Source: Gemmatimonadales bacterium
GTDB lineage: Bacteria > Gemmatimonadota > Gemmatimonadetes > Gemmatimonadales > GWC2-71-9
Reading direction: 5' to 3'
Assembly (NCBI GenBank): GCA_041577295.1
Contig: JBFGJG010000002.1
Coordinates: 179,167-243,166, forward strand
Length of the DNA stretch: 64,000 nt
Positions 17,925 through 28,010 of the stretch are shown here, piece after piece. Made by a program: the position numbers and the translations under genes. The number at the start of each line of letters is the position of its first letter. Position 1 is the first letter of the stretch. The notes beneath the pieces are model-generated. The model did no database searches, was not told the DNA's origin, and was given only the letters and a program-made list of their open reading frames with translations.

Positions 17925-19232
17925 ATGGCGAACCCGCATCGCGTGGTAATCGTTGGAGGTGGCTTTGGCGGCTTGACCGCAGCACAGGCCTTGCGCCGTG
18001 CCCCGGTGGACGTCACGCTGGTCGACCGCCGCAACGTGCACCTCTTCCAGCCGCTGCTGTATCAGGTTGCGACCGGCGGCCTCTCACCGGGAGACATCGT
18101 TTCGCCGCTGCGATGGGTCCTCAGACGGCAACGCAATACACGGGTGTGGTTGTCGGACGTCACGGGGATCGATCCCGCAAGGCGCACGGTGTTGTTCTCG
18201 GATGGCACCGATCTGACATACGATACGCTCGTGGTCGCTACCGGTGTCGGCAATCATTACTTCGGGCACGGAGAATGGGCCTCCCGAGCGCCAAGTCTCA
18301 AGACGATCGAGGACGCGATCGAGATTCGGCGGCGGGTCCTGCTGGCATTTGAAGCCGCAGAGCGCGAGCCGGACCCACGCGCGCGTGCTGCGTGGTTGAC
18401 GTTCGTCGTCGTCGGGGGCGGTCCCACCGGCGTGGAGTTGGCCGGGGCATTGAGTGAGCTCGCACGCGATACCCTGCGACACGATTTTCGCTCGATCGAT
18501 CCCGCGGGAAGCCGCATCCTGCTCGTGGAAGGGGTCGACCGCGTCTTACCGACCTATCCGCCCTCTCTCTCGCGCAAGTGTTACCGCTCACTCGAGCGGC
18601 TCGGGGTCACGGTGCGGACGGGCACCTTTGTTACCGAGATCACGGATGTGGATGTCGCGTTGAAGACCGCGAGTAATAGGGAACGCATCGCAACCCGCAC
18701 GGTCTTATGGGCCGCGGGCGTGAAAGCTACCTCTCTCGGTGCCGCGCTTGCCGAGAAGACCGATACGAAGCTCGACAAGGCGGGACGGGTCATCGTGGAG
18801 CCTGACCTGTCGATCCCTGGTCACCCAGATGTCTTTGTGATCGGAGATCTGGCCTATGTGGAGCAAGACGGGGCACCGCTCCCTGGCGTGGCGCCTGTTG
18901 CCATGCAGCAGGGTCGCTACGTGGCGAAGATGATCAAGCACCGTCTCGCGGGAAAACCCTACCGCCCGTTTCACTACAATGACCGCGGCCAGCTCGCGAC
19001 GATTGGCCGTGCTCGAGCCGTTGCGGACCTCAAGGGGATCCGATTCTCAGGATACCCCGCGTGGTTGCTGTGGCTGTTCGTGCACCTGATGTTCCTCGTT
19101 GAGTTTCAAAACCGGGTGCTCGTCCTGATTCAGTGGGCGTGGCATTACTTCACCCGCAATCGGGGTGCGCGGATAATCACCGAGTGGCGAGCGGCGTCGG
19201 ATGGTGACACCACTCGCCCGGTTCATCCGTAG
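17925..19232 (+). CDS. ndh: type II NADH:quinone oxidoreductase
   Basis: VVIVGGGFGG, HLFQPLLYQVATG, VVVGGGPTGVELAG, AMQQG, AWLLWLFVHL. Confidence 0.95.
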   Translation: MANPHRVVIVGGGFGGLTAAQALRRAPVDVTLVDRRNVHLFQPLLYQVATGGLSPGDIVSPLRWVLRRQRNTRVWLSDVTGIDPARRTVLFSDGTDLTYDTLVVATGVGNHYFGHGEWASRAPSLKTIEDAIEIRRRVLLAFEAAEREPDPRARAAWLTFVVVGGGPTGVELAGALSELARDTLRHDFRSIDPAGSRILLVEGVDRVLPTYPPSLSRKCYRSLERLGVTVRTGTFVTEITDVDVALKTASNRERIATRTVLWAAGVKATSLGAALAEKTDTKLDKAGRVIVEPDLSIPGHPDVFVIGDLAYVEQDGAPLPGVAPVAMQQGRYVAKMIKHRLAGKPYRPFHYNDRGQLATIGRARAVADLKGIRFSGYPAWLLWLFVHLMFLVEFQNRVLVLIQWAWHYFTRNRGARIITEWRAASDGDTTRPVHP

Positions 19233-19255
19233 GGCACCGGGTGAAAGGAGACCTG

Positions 19256-19657
19256 ATGGAACCGGAAAACATCTCTGATCGTTCTCGAGGGGTCGCCCTC
19301 GCGTTGTGTGCCGTCATCGGACCGTTTGGCGGGCACCGATTCTATGCGGGTAAGGTTGGCACTGGTATCTGTATGCTATGCACGCTTGGCGGGCTCGGGA
19401 TCTGGTGGCTGTACGATGTGATCACCATCGCCTCCGGGAGTTTTCGCGATGCTGAGGGACGCCGGATTTGGCGCTGGGCCGAGCCGGGATCGCTGGACGC
19501 CGGCAGAGATTCCGGTTTGACACGTGAGCAGCTCGACACCGTGCTGAGTGAGATCGACGGTCTGCGGGCCGATGTCGGTGAGCTCGCCGAGCGCGTCGAT
19601 TTCATGGAACGAATGCTCGCGCAGGCGCGAAGCGCCGCGGAGCTCCCAAAGCATTGA
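19256..19657 (+). CDS. TM2-domain membrane protein with C-terminal coiled coil
   Basis: GGHRFYAGKVGTG...TLGGLGIWWLYD TM2 motif; ELAERVDFMERML tail; AAGGAG RBS. Confidence 0.9.
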   Translation: MEPENISDRSRGVALALCAVIGPFGGHRFYAGKVGTGICMLCTLGGLGIWWLYDVITIASGSFRDAEGRRIWRWAEPGSLDAGRDSGLTREQLDTVLSEIDGLRADVGELAERVDFMERMLAQARSAAELPKH

Positions 19658-19813
19658 GGAGAAACGCTGATAAACACCAAGAGGCACAACCGCATCGCCC
19701 GAGTCGTGGGCGTGTCACTCCTGCTTCTGTTCGCCGGGTTCGTGGTCCGCGAGTCGGTGGTGGGTGGCTGCGCCGTGGGTCGAGCGATCCCAACCGGGCA
19801 CGTCCCGCAGGGC

Positions 19814-20317
19814 TCAGGAGTTCCGTAGCGCCCCGTCCACTGATCGACCACGGTCCGTGAGATTAACGACCCGTGCATTCGACGCGCGTTGCAGATCCTG
19901 GGGCGTGATCAAAATCTCCTCTCCCCATTTCCCCGCTCCTACCCCGAGCACCGTCGCGTCCATCAATGCAAGATCGAGGAACGATCGGAATCCCTTCGGC
20001 TGCCAGTGAAACGGCGGGATCGAGCCGACCTCGTACCCTGTCGTTTTGACGACGATATCAGGGCTCGCCAGCTGAATGTTGCGTGACCCGATGGCTTTTT
20101 TCAGGTGCCCGGATACAGCGCTCTTGTTCGCGGCGACCATGACCAAAACTCGCTCACCGTTGTCCGTGACGAAGATGAGCGTCTTGACCATGTGGTCTTC
20201 CGGAAACCCAAGGGCCGCGGCAACAGGAGACGCCCCTTTGGGCGTTTCGGGAGGGAAACTACGCCGCTCGTAGGGGATTCTGAGTCGGTCGAGATACTCG
20301 TGGGATGGCAGTAACAT
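19814..20317 (-). CDS. YbaK/EbsC aminoacyl-tRNA deacylase
   Basis: MVKTL, TGYEVGSIPPF motifs. Confidence 0.9.
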   Translation of the reverse strand: MLLPSHEYLDRLRIPYERRSFPPETPKGASPVAAALGFPEDHMVKTLIFVTDNGERVLVMVAANKSAVSGHLKKAIGSRNIQLASPDIVVKTTGYEVGSIPPFHWQPKGFRSFLDLALMDATVLGVGAGKWGEEILITPQDLQRASNARVVNLTDRGRSVDGALRNS

Positions 20318-20338
20318 GCTGCGAGATCACACTCCCGC

Positions 20339-23029
20339 TCACTGCCTTACCTTGGTCTTCAGTTCCTCGAACCAGTTCTCGACCACGATGAGCGTGCTGC
20401 GGGCCGACTCGTCCTCGGCACCCACGCTGCGCACCATGAGGAACCGCTGATCGTCTGACGTGATGTCGAACGACGTGTAATTCGTGGAGACGGTATACTC
20501 CGGTCCTACGGGAAACAGGACCCGGCGCTCGCCCACCCGAAAGCCGGGCGTTGTAACGATCTCGGCTACCGTCATTTCCTCGCGCACATTCAGATAGAAT
20601 AGCTCGCGGCCGCTGTGGGCCCACAGCGGCGAGTGACCACCACCGGTCGAGACCTGCCATTTGCCTTCGTTCACGTTGGGGAAAGGCCGTACGTACACCT
20701 CGTCCCTACCGGTCTCGTCCGACTCGTAGGCCAGCCACTTCCCATCCGGAGAAAGTGCGATCGCCCTCTCGTCGAAATTGCTCGCCACAAGGGGAGTGGG
20801 AACGCTGTCTACACCCACCCGCATCGCCGAGATATCCCGTCCGCCACTGGATCCTGCCACCCCACCCGTTCGGAGCAGGAGCCAGGTCCCGTCCGGCGAC
20901 CACACGCCTTCCCAAATCGGCCGGTCCCATTGGAGGACTAGCTCGACCGCCCCTGTGCCATCCGCCCGCTTCCGATACAGGGCACCCTCCCCCGACCTCG
21001 TGGAGCGGAAGCTCACCCAGCGGCCATCTGGCGTCCACCGAGGTCGCACGTCGGGCTCCTCGTCGAAGGTGAGACGTGAGAGCGGACCGCGTTCCAATTC
21101 CTTGACCCAGATGTCTTCGCCCGCTCCAGTGGAGAGCTTTATGGCCAGGCGTGTGTCGTCCGGTGAGAGGGCCCACCCCGCATTTCCGAAAGCCGAGAAC
21201 GTCCATTCGGGATCGATTGGCGTGACTGAGCCGTCGCGATCCACCCAGACTGCTTCCGAGACCGCGAAGCCACCCCGACCTTCGCCCTCCATGAGCAACA
21301 GGGTTCCGGACCGCGACAGGGCTACATCCGGTACCATTCCCTGGTCGACCTTGACGCCGTCCAGGACCGGCACCGGTGCTCCACGCATCTCGAGCGACCC
21401 CAGATCGAACGGCACGGCAAACATCCCGCCGTCCGCTCGCACATAGACAAGATGCCCGGTGGCCACGTACCAGGCTTTGGCCACATCCGGCATCAGCATG
21501 CGCGCCTCGCCAGACCGGAGATCGAGGACCCAGCCCTCTTGGGCGGTGTCGCACCGAGCGGAGCAGGCCGTAAACAACACACCGCGGCCTCCGGGCAGTC
21601 CCACCAATTGTGTCAGGAACCGGCCCTCCACCGACACGACATGCTCCATGGGGCCGCCGACACCCGGGACGCGGCTCAACCGCCACCCAGTGTCGACGAA
21701 CACGATCGTCCCGTCGTCCAGCCACGCGGCCGAGCGCACGTTCATCTGCACGGAATCGGTGAGCGTGATCGCGGACCCGCCACCCGCGGGGACCTTTTTC
21801 AACTCTCCGTCCACGATGAAGGCAATCCACAGTGCGTCGGGCGATACCACGGGAGTGCTGGCTCCCGCCGTGCCGGCGAGCGGTGTGGCCCGATACTGAT
21901 CCCGCTGCTTGACCCAGAGCTGCCCATCCTCATCGCCGGGTCCCACGTACACGATCCACGAAGCGTCCGGCGCGAGCGCGAACGCGCTCTGAAGCCCATC
22001 GAGCAACTCCTGATCCGCTGGAAACTGGAGCCCGTAGCGCGTCACCTTGGGTGGTGGATCGGGACGCAACCAGCCCCAGAGTGCAAAGGCAGCAAACACC
22101 GCAGCTGCCGCCGGCCACGCGTAGCGTTGCCACACGGGAATAGACCGAGCATCGGCAGCGAGCGTCGCCGTCCCTGCGCCGGTTGGCAACGTGAAGGACG
22201 GGTTCGTAAGTGCTTCGGCAAACTGCGCGGCGCTGCTGAACCGATCCGCCGGGAGCTTGGACAGCGCCTTGGCGATCGTAGCCGCTACATGCGGCGGCAC
22301 CGTGTCGCGGTGTGTGGTGACCGGGGGCGCCTTCTCGGTGATCACCTTGGCGACGATGGCCTGCGCGGTGGAGCCGGTGTAGGGCGGGTCGCCGGCCAAC
22401 ATCTCGTAGAGCATCGCACCCAACGAATAGACATCGCTCCGCGCGTCGAGCTCCCGATCACCCATTGCCTGTTCGGGACTCATGTAGTGCGGGGTACCAA
22501 TGGACAGGCCGGTTTCCGTGAGGCGTGTACCACCGGCATGAGACACCGCCAGCGCAATCCCGAAATCGGCCACCATCGCCTGTCCGTCCAACATCAGAAT
22601 GTTTTCAGGCTTGATGTCGCGGTGGATCACTTCATGCCGGTGCGCGTAGTCGAGTGCCGAGGCAATGGCCTTGGTGACCTCCACGGCCTCATCGATCCCG
22701 AGCTGCTTTTCTCTATCGAGCTTGTTCCGCAGCGTCTCCCCCTCTACGTACGGCATCACGTAGTAGAGAAAACCATCCGCGTCGCCTGAATCGTGAAGCG
22801 GGAGAATGTGTGGATGCTGCAGGTTGGCGGTGACTTTGATCTCGTTGAGAAACCGCTCGGATCCGATCACCGCGGCGAGTTCAGGCCGCAGGACCTTGAG
22901 CGCGACCTTGCGATCGTGCTTGACATCCTCGGCGAGAAAGACGGTGGCCATCCCACCCTCGCCCACGTGTCGTTCGATGCGGTATCGTTCGGCAAGGGCC
23001 GTGGTCAGTCGGCCCGTGAGATCGGTCAT
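20339..23029 (-). CDS. Ser/Thr protein kinase with TM segment and PD40 beta-propeller
   Basis: GEGGMATV, VALKVL, HRDIKPENI, DFG, GTPHYMSPEQ; multiple SPDG repeats. Confidence 0.96.
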   Translation of the reverse strand: MTDLTGRLTTALAERYRIERHVGEGGMATVFLAEDVKHDRKVALKVLRPELAAVIGSERFLNEIKVTANLQHPHILPLHDSGDADGFLYYVMPYVEGETLRNKLDREKQLGIDEAVEVTKAIASALDYAHRHEVIHRDIKPENILMLDGQAMVADFGIALAVSHAGGTRLTETGLSIGTPHYMSPEQAMGDRELDARSDVYSLGAMLYEMLAGDPPYTGSTAQAIVAKVITEKAPPVTTHRDTVPPHVAATIAKALSKLPADRFSSAAQFAEALTNPSFTLPTGAGTATLAADARSIPVWQRYAWPAAAAVFAAFALWGWLRPDPPPKVTRYGLQFPADQELLDGLQSAFALAPDASWIVYVGPGDEDGQLWVKQRDQYRATPLAGTAGASTPVVSPDALWIAFIVDGELKKVPAGGGSAITLTDSVQMNVRSAAWLDDGTIVFVDTGWRLSRVPGVGGPMEHVVSVEGRFLTQLVGLPGGRGVLFTACSARCDTAQEGWVLDLRSGEARMLMPDVAKAWYVATGHLVYVRADGGMFAVPFDLGSLEMRGAPVPVLDGVKVDQGMVPDVALSRSGTLLLMEGEGRGGFAVSEAVWVDRDGSVTPIDPEWTFSAFGNAGWALSPDDTRLAIKLSTGAGEDIWVKELERGPLSRLTFDEEPDVRPRWTPDGRWVSFRSTRSGEGALYRKRADGTGAVELVLQWDRPIWEGVWSPDGTWLLLRTGGVAGSSGGRDISAMRVGVDSVPTPLVASNFDERAIALSPDGKWLAYESDETGRDEVYVRPFPNVNEGKWQVSTGGGHSPLWAHSGRELFYLNVREEMTVAEIVTTPGFRVGERRVLFPVGPEYTVSTNYTSFDITSDDQRFLMVRSVGAEDESARSTLIVVENWFEELKTKVRQ

Positions 23030-23068
23030 GCATCAAAAGTTGGGATGGATCCCGGGGTCCGCAACCTG

Positions 23069-23104
23069 AAAAGACGACGCCCGCCATGTAAGGGCGGGCG
23101 ATCG
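23069..23104 (-). terminator. probable terminator after tRNA-Phe
   Basis: CGCCCGCC-N7-GGCGGGCG stem then TCGTCTTTT on minus strand. Confidence 0.6.
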
Positions 23105-23106
23105 CA

Positions 23107-23179
<73 letters not shown>

Positions 23180-23226
23180 GCAGCCACATAAGCTACCGCC
23201 ATCGCCGGAGCGACGGCAGCCCCTTC

Positions 23227-23691
23227 TCAGTCTTGTTCGTCTCGGTCAAACTGCCGGAGCTCGGGGGCATGCGGGTATCGCTGCCGCACGCGGTCGATCA
23301 CCGACTGCGCCTTGGACGGATCCTTTTTCACCGTCCGGTAGATCTCCTCCAATCGGATCGCGGCGTTGATCTCCACACGCCGTGACGCCCGTTGCTCCAG
23401 GTGACTTTCCAGGAGCCGAATGGTGTCGTCCAGGGTGGGACGGATGTTCGGCGGCGGCCCGCTGCCCGTACCGCTTACAAAGATGTGCGACGCCCAGTCG
23501 CCGAGCGGAACGACGACGTGCTCCAGCAGCAGATCCCATGCACCCCAGATAATGCCGAACGCGCCCGCGGCAACCAGCCACCTGGCATCGTCGCTCACCA
23601 ACAGGCCAAAAAACGCAAAGAAGACCGTGGCAGTGCCAAACACCACCCTTCCGATGCGCCGAACCCCGATCGGTGCAGGCCTGCGAACCAT
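23227..23691 (-). CDS. hypothetical membrane protein
   Basis: Two hydrophobic segments then a TPR-like helical tail. Confidence 0.75.
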   Translation of the reverse strand: MVRRPAPIGVRRIGRVVFGTATVFFAFFGLLVSDDARWLVAAGAFGIIWGAWDLLLEHVVVPLGDWASHIFVSGTGSGPPPNIRPTLDDTIRLLESHLEQRASRRVEINAAIRLEEIYRTVKKDPSKAQSVIDRVRQRYPHAPELRQFDRDEQD

Positions 23692-23800
23692 AGCTGCGCT
23701 CCCTGGTGACCACGACGTGCGATACGGTCCGCCTAAGATGGGTGACCCGGTCGGCGAAGCCAATGACCTCCAGATGCAGCGGCTAGCGCCCGCGTGTACA

Positions 23801-24928
23801 ATGAAATTGATGGACCTTTCCCGTCATGATGCGCGCTTGAGCAAGACCGTTGCCGTCATTGGTGGCGGCATCGCCGGCCTGAGCGCATCATTTTTTCTCT
23901 CCCGGGCGGGAGTCCCCGTCACACTCTACGATGCAACTGATCGGCTGGGTGGACAGATCGTCACGGCTCGGCGCGATGGGTTCATCGTCGAACTGGGAGC
24001 CGATGGGTTTCCGCCGCCAAACGAGGACGCGTCCGACGTCCTGAGAGAGATCGGGATACTCCAAGACCTGATCCGTCAATCGCCGCTGCCGACCTTGACC
24101 TTCGACGGTGGTACTCTCCAACGATTGGACCCGATTAAAGTGGCCACCATGCTCGGACTGGACGTGGCGAGTGAGGCTCGGGGCGCGGGGGTCGTTTGCC
24201 CTAGGGAGGGGATGGACCGGCTGGTCGCGGCACTGACCGGATGGCCAGTCCTTCAACTCGCTATGGGAACTGTAGTTACCTCGCTTAGAATCTCAAATGG
24301 AAGGTGGGTGGTTGAGACACAAATGGGTGGTATGGAGGCCGATGCGATCATCCTGGCCGTTTCGATTCGCCAGCTCGTGGCCATCGTTCGCCGTTCGCTG
24401 AGGCGGGCTCCGGACCTCGGTGAGGCATGCCCCGCGAAATCGAGCGTCACCGTTTCGCTCGCGTTTCCCCGATCGGCGGTCGCGCACCGCCTCGAAGCGA
24501 CCGGGTTCATCATCGCTGACCGGTCGAGCATCGAGCAGATTGGAGGCCTCCTCGCCTGTTCCTTCTCATCGGAGAAGTTTGCCGAGCGCGCACCGGACGG
24601 GTGTGTGTTGTTGAGGGCATTCTACCGACCCGGAGCCGAGTGTCCTCTCGACGACCCCGACGACCAATGGATCGCGCGCGCGGCCGAGGACCTGAGCCAT
24701 CCTCTGCGGATCATCGGTACACCGTCTCACGGCTGGGTTGCCCGATGGCCGGACGCCATCCCCACGCCCCTCGCACCACACCGTTCCCGTGTTTACGATG
24801 TCGAATCTCGGTTCCAGCGGTTGGGTCCCCTTCAGCTGGCCGGAGCAGCGGTCCACGGCGCGGGTGTTGTGCGCGCGCTGATGTCAGGCCGGAACGCCGC
24901 ACGCCGGTTGTTGACCCATCTAGCCTGA
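23801..24928 (+). CDS. HemY-like proto/coproporphyrinogen oxidase, unusually short
   Basis: VAVIGGGIAGL, RLGGQI, VELGADGF, SSEKFAERAPDG, RWPDAIP, SGRNAA; start uncertain. Confidence 0.8.
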   Translation: MKLMDLSRHDARLSKTVAVIGGGIAGLSASFFLSRAGVPVTLYDATDRLGGQIVTARRDGFIVELGADGFPPPNEDASDVLREIGILQDLIRQSPLPTLTFDGGTLQRLDPIKVATMLGLDVASEARGAGVVCPREGMDRLVAALTGWPVLQLAMGTVVTSLRISNGRWVVETQMGGMEADAIILAVSIRQLVAIVRRSLRRAPDLGEACPAKSSVTVSLAFPRSAVAHRLEATGFIIADRSSIEQIGGLLACSFSSEKFAERAPDGCVLLRAFYRPGAECPLDDPDDQWIARAAEDLSHPLRIIGTPSHGWVARWPDAIPTPLAPHRSRVYDVESRFQRLGPLQLAGAAVHGAGVVRALMSGRNAARRLLTHLA

Positions 24929-24955
24929 GCCACGTCGGCTCGTAAGTTTCGCACC

Positions 24956-25588
24956 ATGTTCCCCAACCTCACGATCCTCGATCACCCACTGATCCAGCAC
25001 AAGCTCGCGAAACTGCGTGATCGCGAAACCACGACCCGTGACTTCAAGGCGCTCGTCAACGAGATGGCCATGCTCATGGCCTACGAGGCTACTAAGCACC
25101 TCCAGCTCGAGACGATTGCAGTCGAGACACCGCTAGAACGAACCGTGGGCCGGGTGGTGGCAGGAAAGAAACTCGCGCTCGTTCCGATCCTGCGGGCCGG
25201 GCTGGGTATGGTCGAGGGAATCACGCAGCTCATCCCCAACGCGCGCGTCGGCCATATTGGCCTCTATCGCAATCACGACACGCTCGAGCCAGTCGACTAC
25301 TACTTCAAGATTCCGGGTGAAGAGGAGGATCGAACGTTCTTCGTGCTCGATCCGATGCTGGCAACCGGCGGATCGGCGGTACAGGCGGTGACCGCGTTGA
25401 AGAAGGCCGGAGCAAACCGGATCCGGTTCCTGTGCGTCGTTGCTTCACCTGAGGGAGTGCAGCGGATGCTGGATGCTCACCCAGACGTCCCGATCTATGC
25501 GGCGGCGCTGGATCGTGAGCTGAACGACCAGGGGTATATACTGCCGGGGCTAGGCGACGCTGGCGATCGTTTGTTCGGCACCCGTTGA
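24956..25588 (+). CDS. upp: uracil phosphoribosyltransferase
   Basis: [43 protein letters not shown]. Confidence 0.98.
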   Translation: MFPNLTILDHPLIQHKLAKLRDRETTTRDFKALVNEMAMLMAYEATKHLQLETIAVETPLERTVGRVVAGKKLALVPILRAGLGMVEGITQLIPNARVGHIGLYRNHDTLEPVDYYFKIPGEEEDRTFFVLDPMLATGGSAVQAVTALKKAGANRIRFLCVVASPEGVQRMLDAHPDVPIYAAALDRELNDQGYILPGLGDAGDRLFGTR

Positions 25589-25600
25589 GACACAAAGGCC

Positions 25601-25771
25601 ATGCACGAGTATCAAGCAGTCATTCTCAAACTGCACCGCCGGACACGAGAGGACGAAGAGAGCATCACAGACGTGTTGAACGAACGGGCACGCATGGGGT
25701 GGACTCTGCACCGCACAACCAGCATTCGGGATGGGCGACTCTTGCTCGTGTTCACTCGGGAGACAGAGTGA
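25601..25771 (+). CDS. DUF4177-like small protein (56 aa, below ORF-track cutoff)
   Basis: MHEYQAVILK...VLNERARMGWTL...LLLVFTRETE, matching the EY...LN..G..GW.L...F.R pattern. Confidence 0.75.
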   Translation: MHEYQAVILKLHRRTREDEESITDVLNERARMGWTLHRTTSIRDGRLLLVFTRETE

Positions 25772-25838
25772 TCGCCTGCCGCTGACCAATAACTCCCCTC
25801 AAAACCGAACCAGAACATCATCTTAGAGAGGACGGACG

Positions 25839-26396
25839 ATGGAGAGACCGTCAGCCGAACCGATCGCGACGCGTCGAGCCTACGAGGGTCGCCTGATTGG
25901 CGTCGATGTGGACACCATTCGCGCGCCCAATGGGGCAACGCTCGAACTCGAGATGGTGCGGCACCCGGGGGCTGCCGCGGTGGTTCCACTGCTCTCCGGT
26001 GCGGACAGCGCCGATCCGACCGTGTTGTTGATCGAACAATTCCGCTATGCAGCAGGAGGATTGATTTGGGAAATACCGGCCGGGGTCCTGCACGACGGGG
26101 AGCGTGCCCTGGACTGCGCACGGCGCGAGTTACTCGAGGAAACCGGCGCAACCGCAAAGCACATCGAGCATCTCTCTACCATTTATACCACTCCCGGCTT
26201 CACCGATGAGCAGATCCACCTATTCCTCGCCACCGGCATTTCCACGGGGGAACCGCGGCACGAGCACGACGAGTTTATACGGGTACAGGCATTCCCGATG
26301 AGCCGCGTACTCGAGATGATCCGCGACGCCGAGATAGTCGACGCGAAGTCCATCGTCGCCCTCCTCTACACCGCCGGATTCCGTCTCGGGTTGTAA
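25839..26396 (+). CDS. NUDIX hydrolase (ADP-ribose pyrophosphatase-like)
   Basis: HPGAAAVV, EIPAG...ARRELLEETG Nudix box, YTTPGFTDE. Confidence 0.93.
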   Translation: MERPSAEPIATRRAYEGRLIGVDVDTIRAPNGATLELEMVRHPGAAAVVPLLSGADSADPTVLLIEQFRYAAGGLIWEIPAGVLHDGERALDCARRELLEETGATAKHIEHLSTIYTTPGFTDEQIHLFLATGISTGEPRHEHDEFIRVQAFPMSRVLEMIRDAEIVDAKSIVALLYTAGFRLGL

Positions 26397-26652
26397 CGCA
26401 CTGTCCCAGATCGGGGACAGACGTGTCGCCAATCGGGGTCGATTAGGCGGGAACCGAACAGCACCAGATTTCATTATGTGACAAGTAGTTACGTCATGTA
26501 CCCCCAGTGGCTGGCATGGGGTATGGATCCTGCTCGTTAGGGTGTCGACGGGCAGGGAGCTGAACACCACGGAGGGTCTAGCGAACCGTTTTTTGTCTGA
26601 GATGAGGGGCGTCGCCTGCCGCCAGACCGGCGGCGCACCCGGGGAGCTTCCA

Positions 26653-27300
26653 ATGACCGCAGTAGTTGCTCAACGCCCCACAGGGGCGGGACCCGGAGTA
26701 GTACGTGAAGCGAGCCCAAGGCTCCGCGACCTCGATGATTCGCAGGTCGTCGCTACGTACCTGTCCGGACATCCGCAGGCGTTCTCCGAACTGGTAGAGC
26801 GCTACCAAAAGCGTTTGTTGAACTTCGTCTACCGTACCATCGGAGATCGGGAGCGCGCAGAGGACCTCGTTCAGGAGGTGTTCATCCGCGTTCACCGCCA
26901 CCTGCATCGCTTCGACCAGACGAAAAAGTTCTCGACGTGGATCTACACCATCGCGTCGAACCTGGCGAAGAACGAGCTCCGCAATCGGAGTCGGAGCCCG
27001 CTGGTGCTGTTCCAGACCATCAGGAAGAACTGGGAGGCAGATCATCGCCCGCTCCAGTTCGAGGACCACAGCCACCGGCCGGACGACCTCTATCGAAAGC
27101 GGCATCTTCGCGAGCTCGTGGAGTGGGCTGTCAGTCAGCTTCCTGAGCATCATCGCACGGTCTTTGTCTTGAGGGAGCTGGAAGGCAAGACCTACGAGGA
27201 GATCGCGGAAATCACCGAGTGCAACCTCGGAACCGTGAAGAGCCGGCTGAACCGTGCGCGAAATCGATTCGCACAGATCATCGAGCCGTTGCTCGACTGA
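26653..27300 (+). CDS. ECF RNA polymerase sigma factor
   Basis: AEDLVQEVFIRV, FSTWIYTIASN, YEEIAEIT...GTVKSRLNRAR; GGGGAG RBS. Confidence 0.96.
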   Translation: MTAVVAQRPTGAGPGVVREASPRLRDLDDSQVVATYLSGHPQAFSELVERYQKRLLNFVYRTIGDRERAEDLVQEVFIRVHRHLHRFDQTKKFSTWIYTIASNLAKNELRNRSRSPLVLFQTIRKNWEADHRPLQFEDHSHRPDDLYRKRHLRELVEWAVSQLPEHHRTVFVLRELEGKTYEEIAEITECNLGTVKSRLNRARNRFAQIIEPLLD

Positions 27301-27483
27301 GGACGTGGCACTAAACTGCTAGATCAAGCGGGAGCGGGGCCCCAGCGAAGCGAAGCGCCCTAGCGAGAGTTCGGGTTACCCCACCCCGTTCCCGCTGTCA
27401 CACTTCTGAAACACCCACCCGGCCGTGAGGGAACCTCCCGTTCCCCAGCCGGTACAAGCCACTGTCCGAAATCGCCGTCTAGC

Positions 27484-27999
27484 ATGCACTGTACCGAATT
27501 CCTTTATCTTTATTCTGACTACCGCGACGGTCTCATTACCGATCTGCGGGTGTCACGCCGCGTCCGGGATCATCTCGAAACCTGCGCGGCGTGTCAGCGT
27601 TACGATGAGGTGATTCGAAGGGGTGTGGCAGTTCTGCGCGGCGCTGAGATCGGACGGCCGCCCCTCGGCATCGAGCGCGAGGTCTCGCGGCCGAACGGAA
27701 TGGGGTTGGTCGACGAAACCCTCGAGTTGAGATCGGGACGGTTCGCGGGAGCGGTCATGCTCGCGGCGGCGATCGCACTGTTCGTTTGGGAGGGTCTCGG
27801 CACATCACCGGACGGGCAGATTTCCGCACCCCGCGTGACGCAGGCCGCACCCCATGCCGTCGCCAACCCGGGCCCGCCGTTTGTCCACTTCGTAACGCGC
27901 CCGACAGCGCTGCCCACGACCCCGCCACGAGTCCCTCCACCACCCACCTCGGGGGACGCGGCCACCCTCACACTTTATCAGCCAACGCCAGATCGGTAA
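27484..27999 (+). CDS. zf-HC2 anti-sigma factor
   Basis: MHC...HLETCAAC (HxxxCxxC), one TM, Pro-rich tail. Confidence 0.9.
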   Translation: MHCTEFLYLYSDYRDGLITDLRVSRRVRDHLETCAACQRYDEVIRRGVAVLRGAEIGRPPLGIEREVSRPNGMGLVDETLELRSGRFAGAVMLAAAIALFVWEGLGTSPDGQISAPRVTQAAPHAVANPGPPFVHFVTRPTALPTTPPRVPPPPTSGDAATLTLYQPTPDR

Positions 28000-28010
28000 C
28001 TTCCGCCTAT

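Noticed and set aside
20706..22789. Long alternative-frame ORFs over the kinase (similarly 28319..29806, 4421..5608, 62716..63666)
   Set aside because: Shadow ORFs expected in GC-rich DNA; they overlap well-supported genes and have no motifs.
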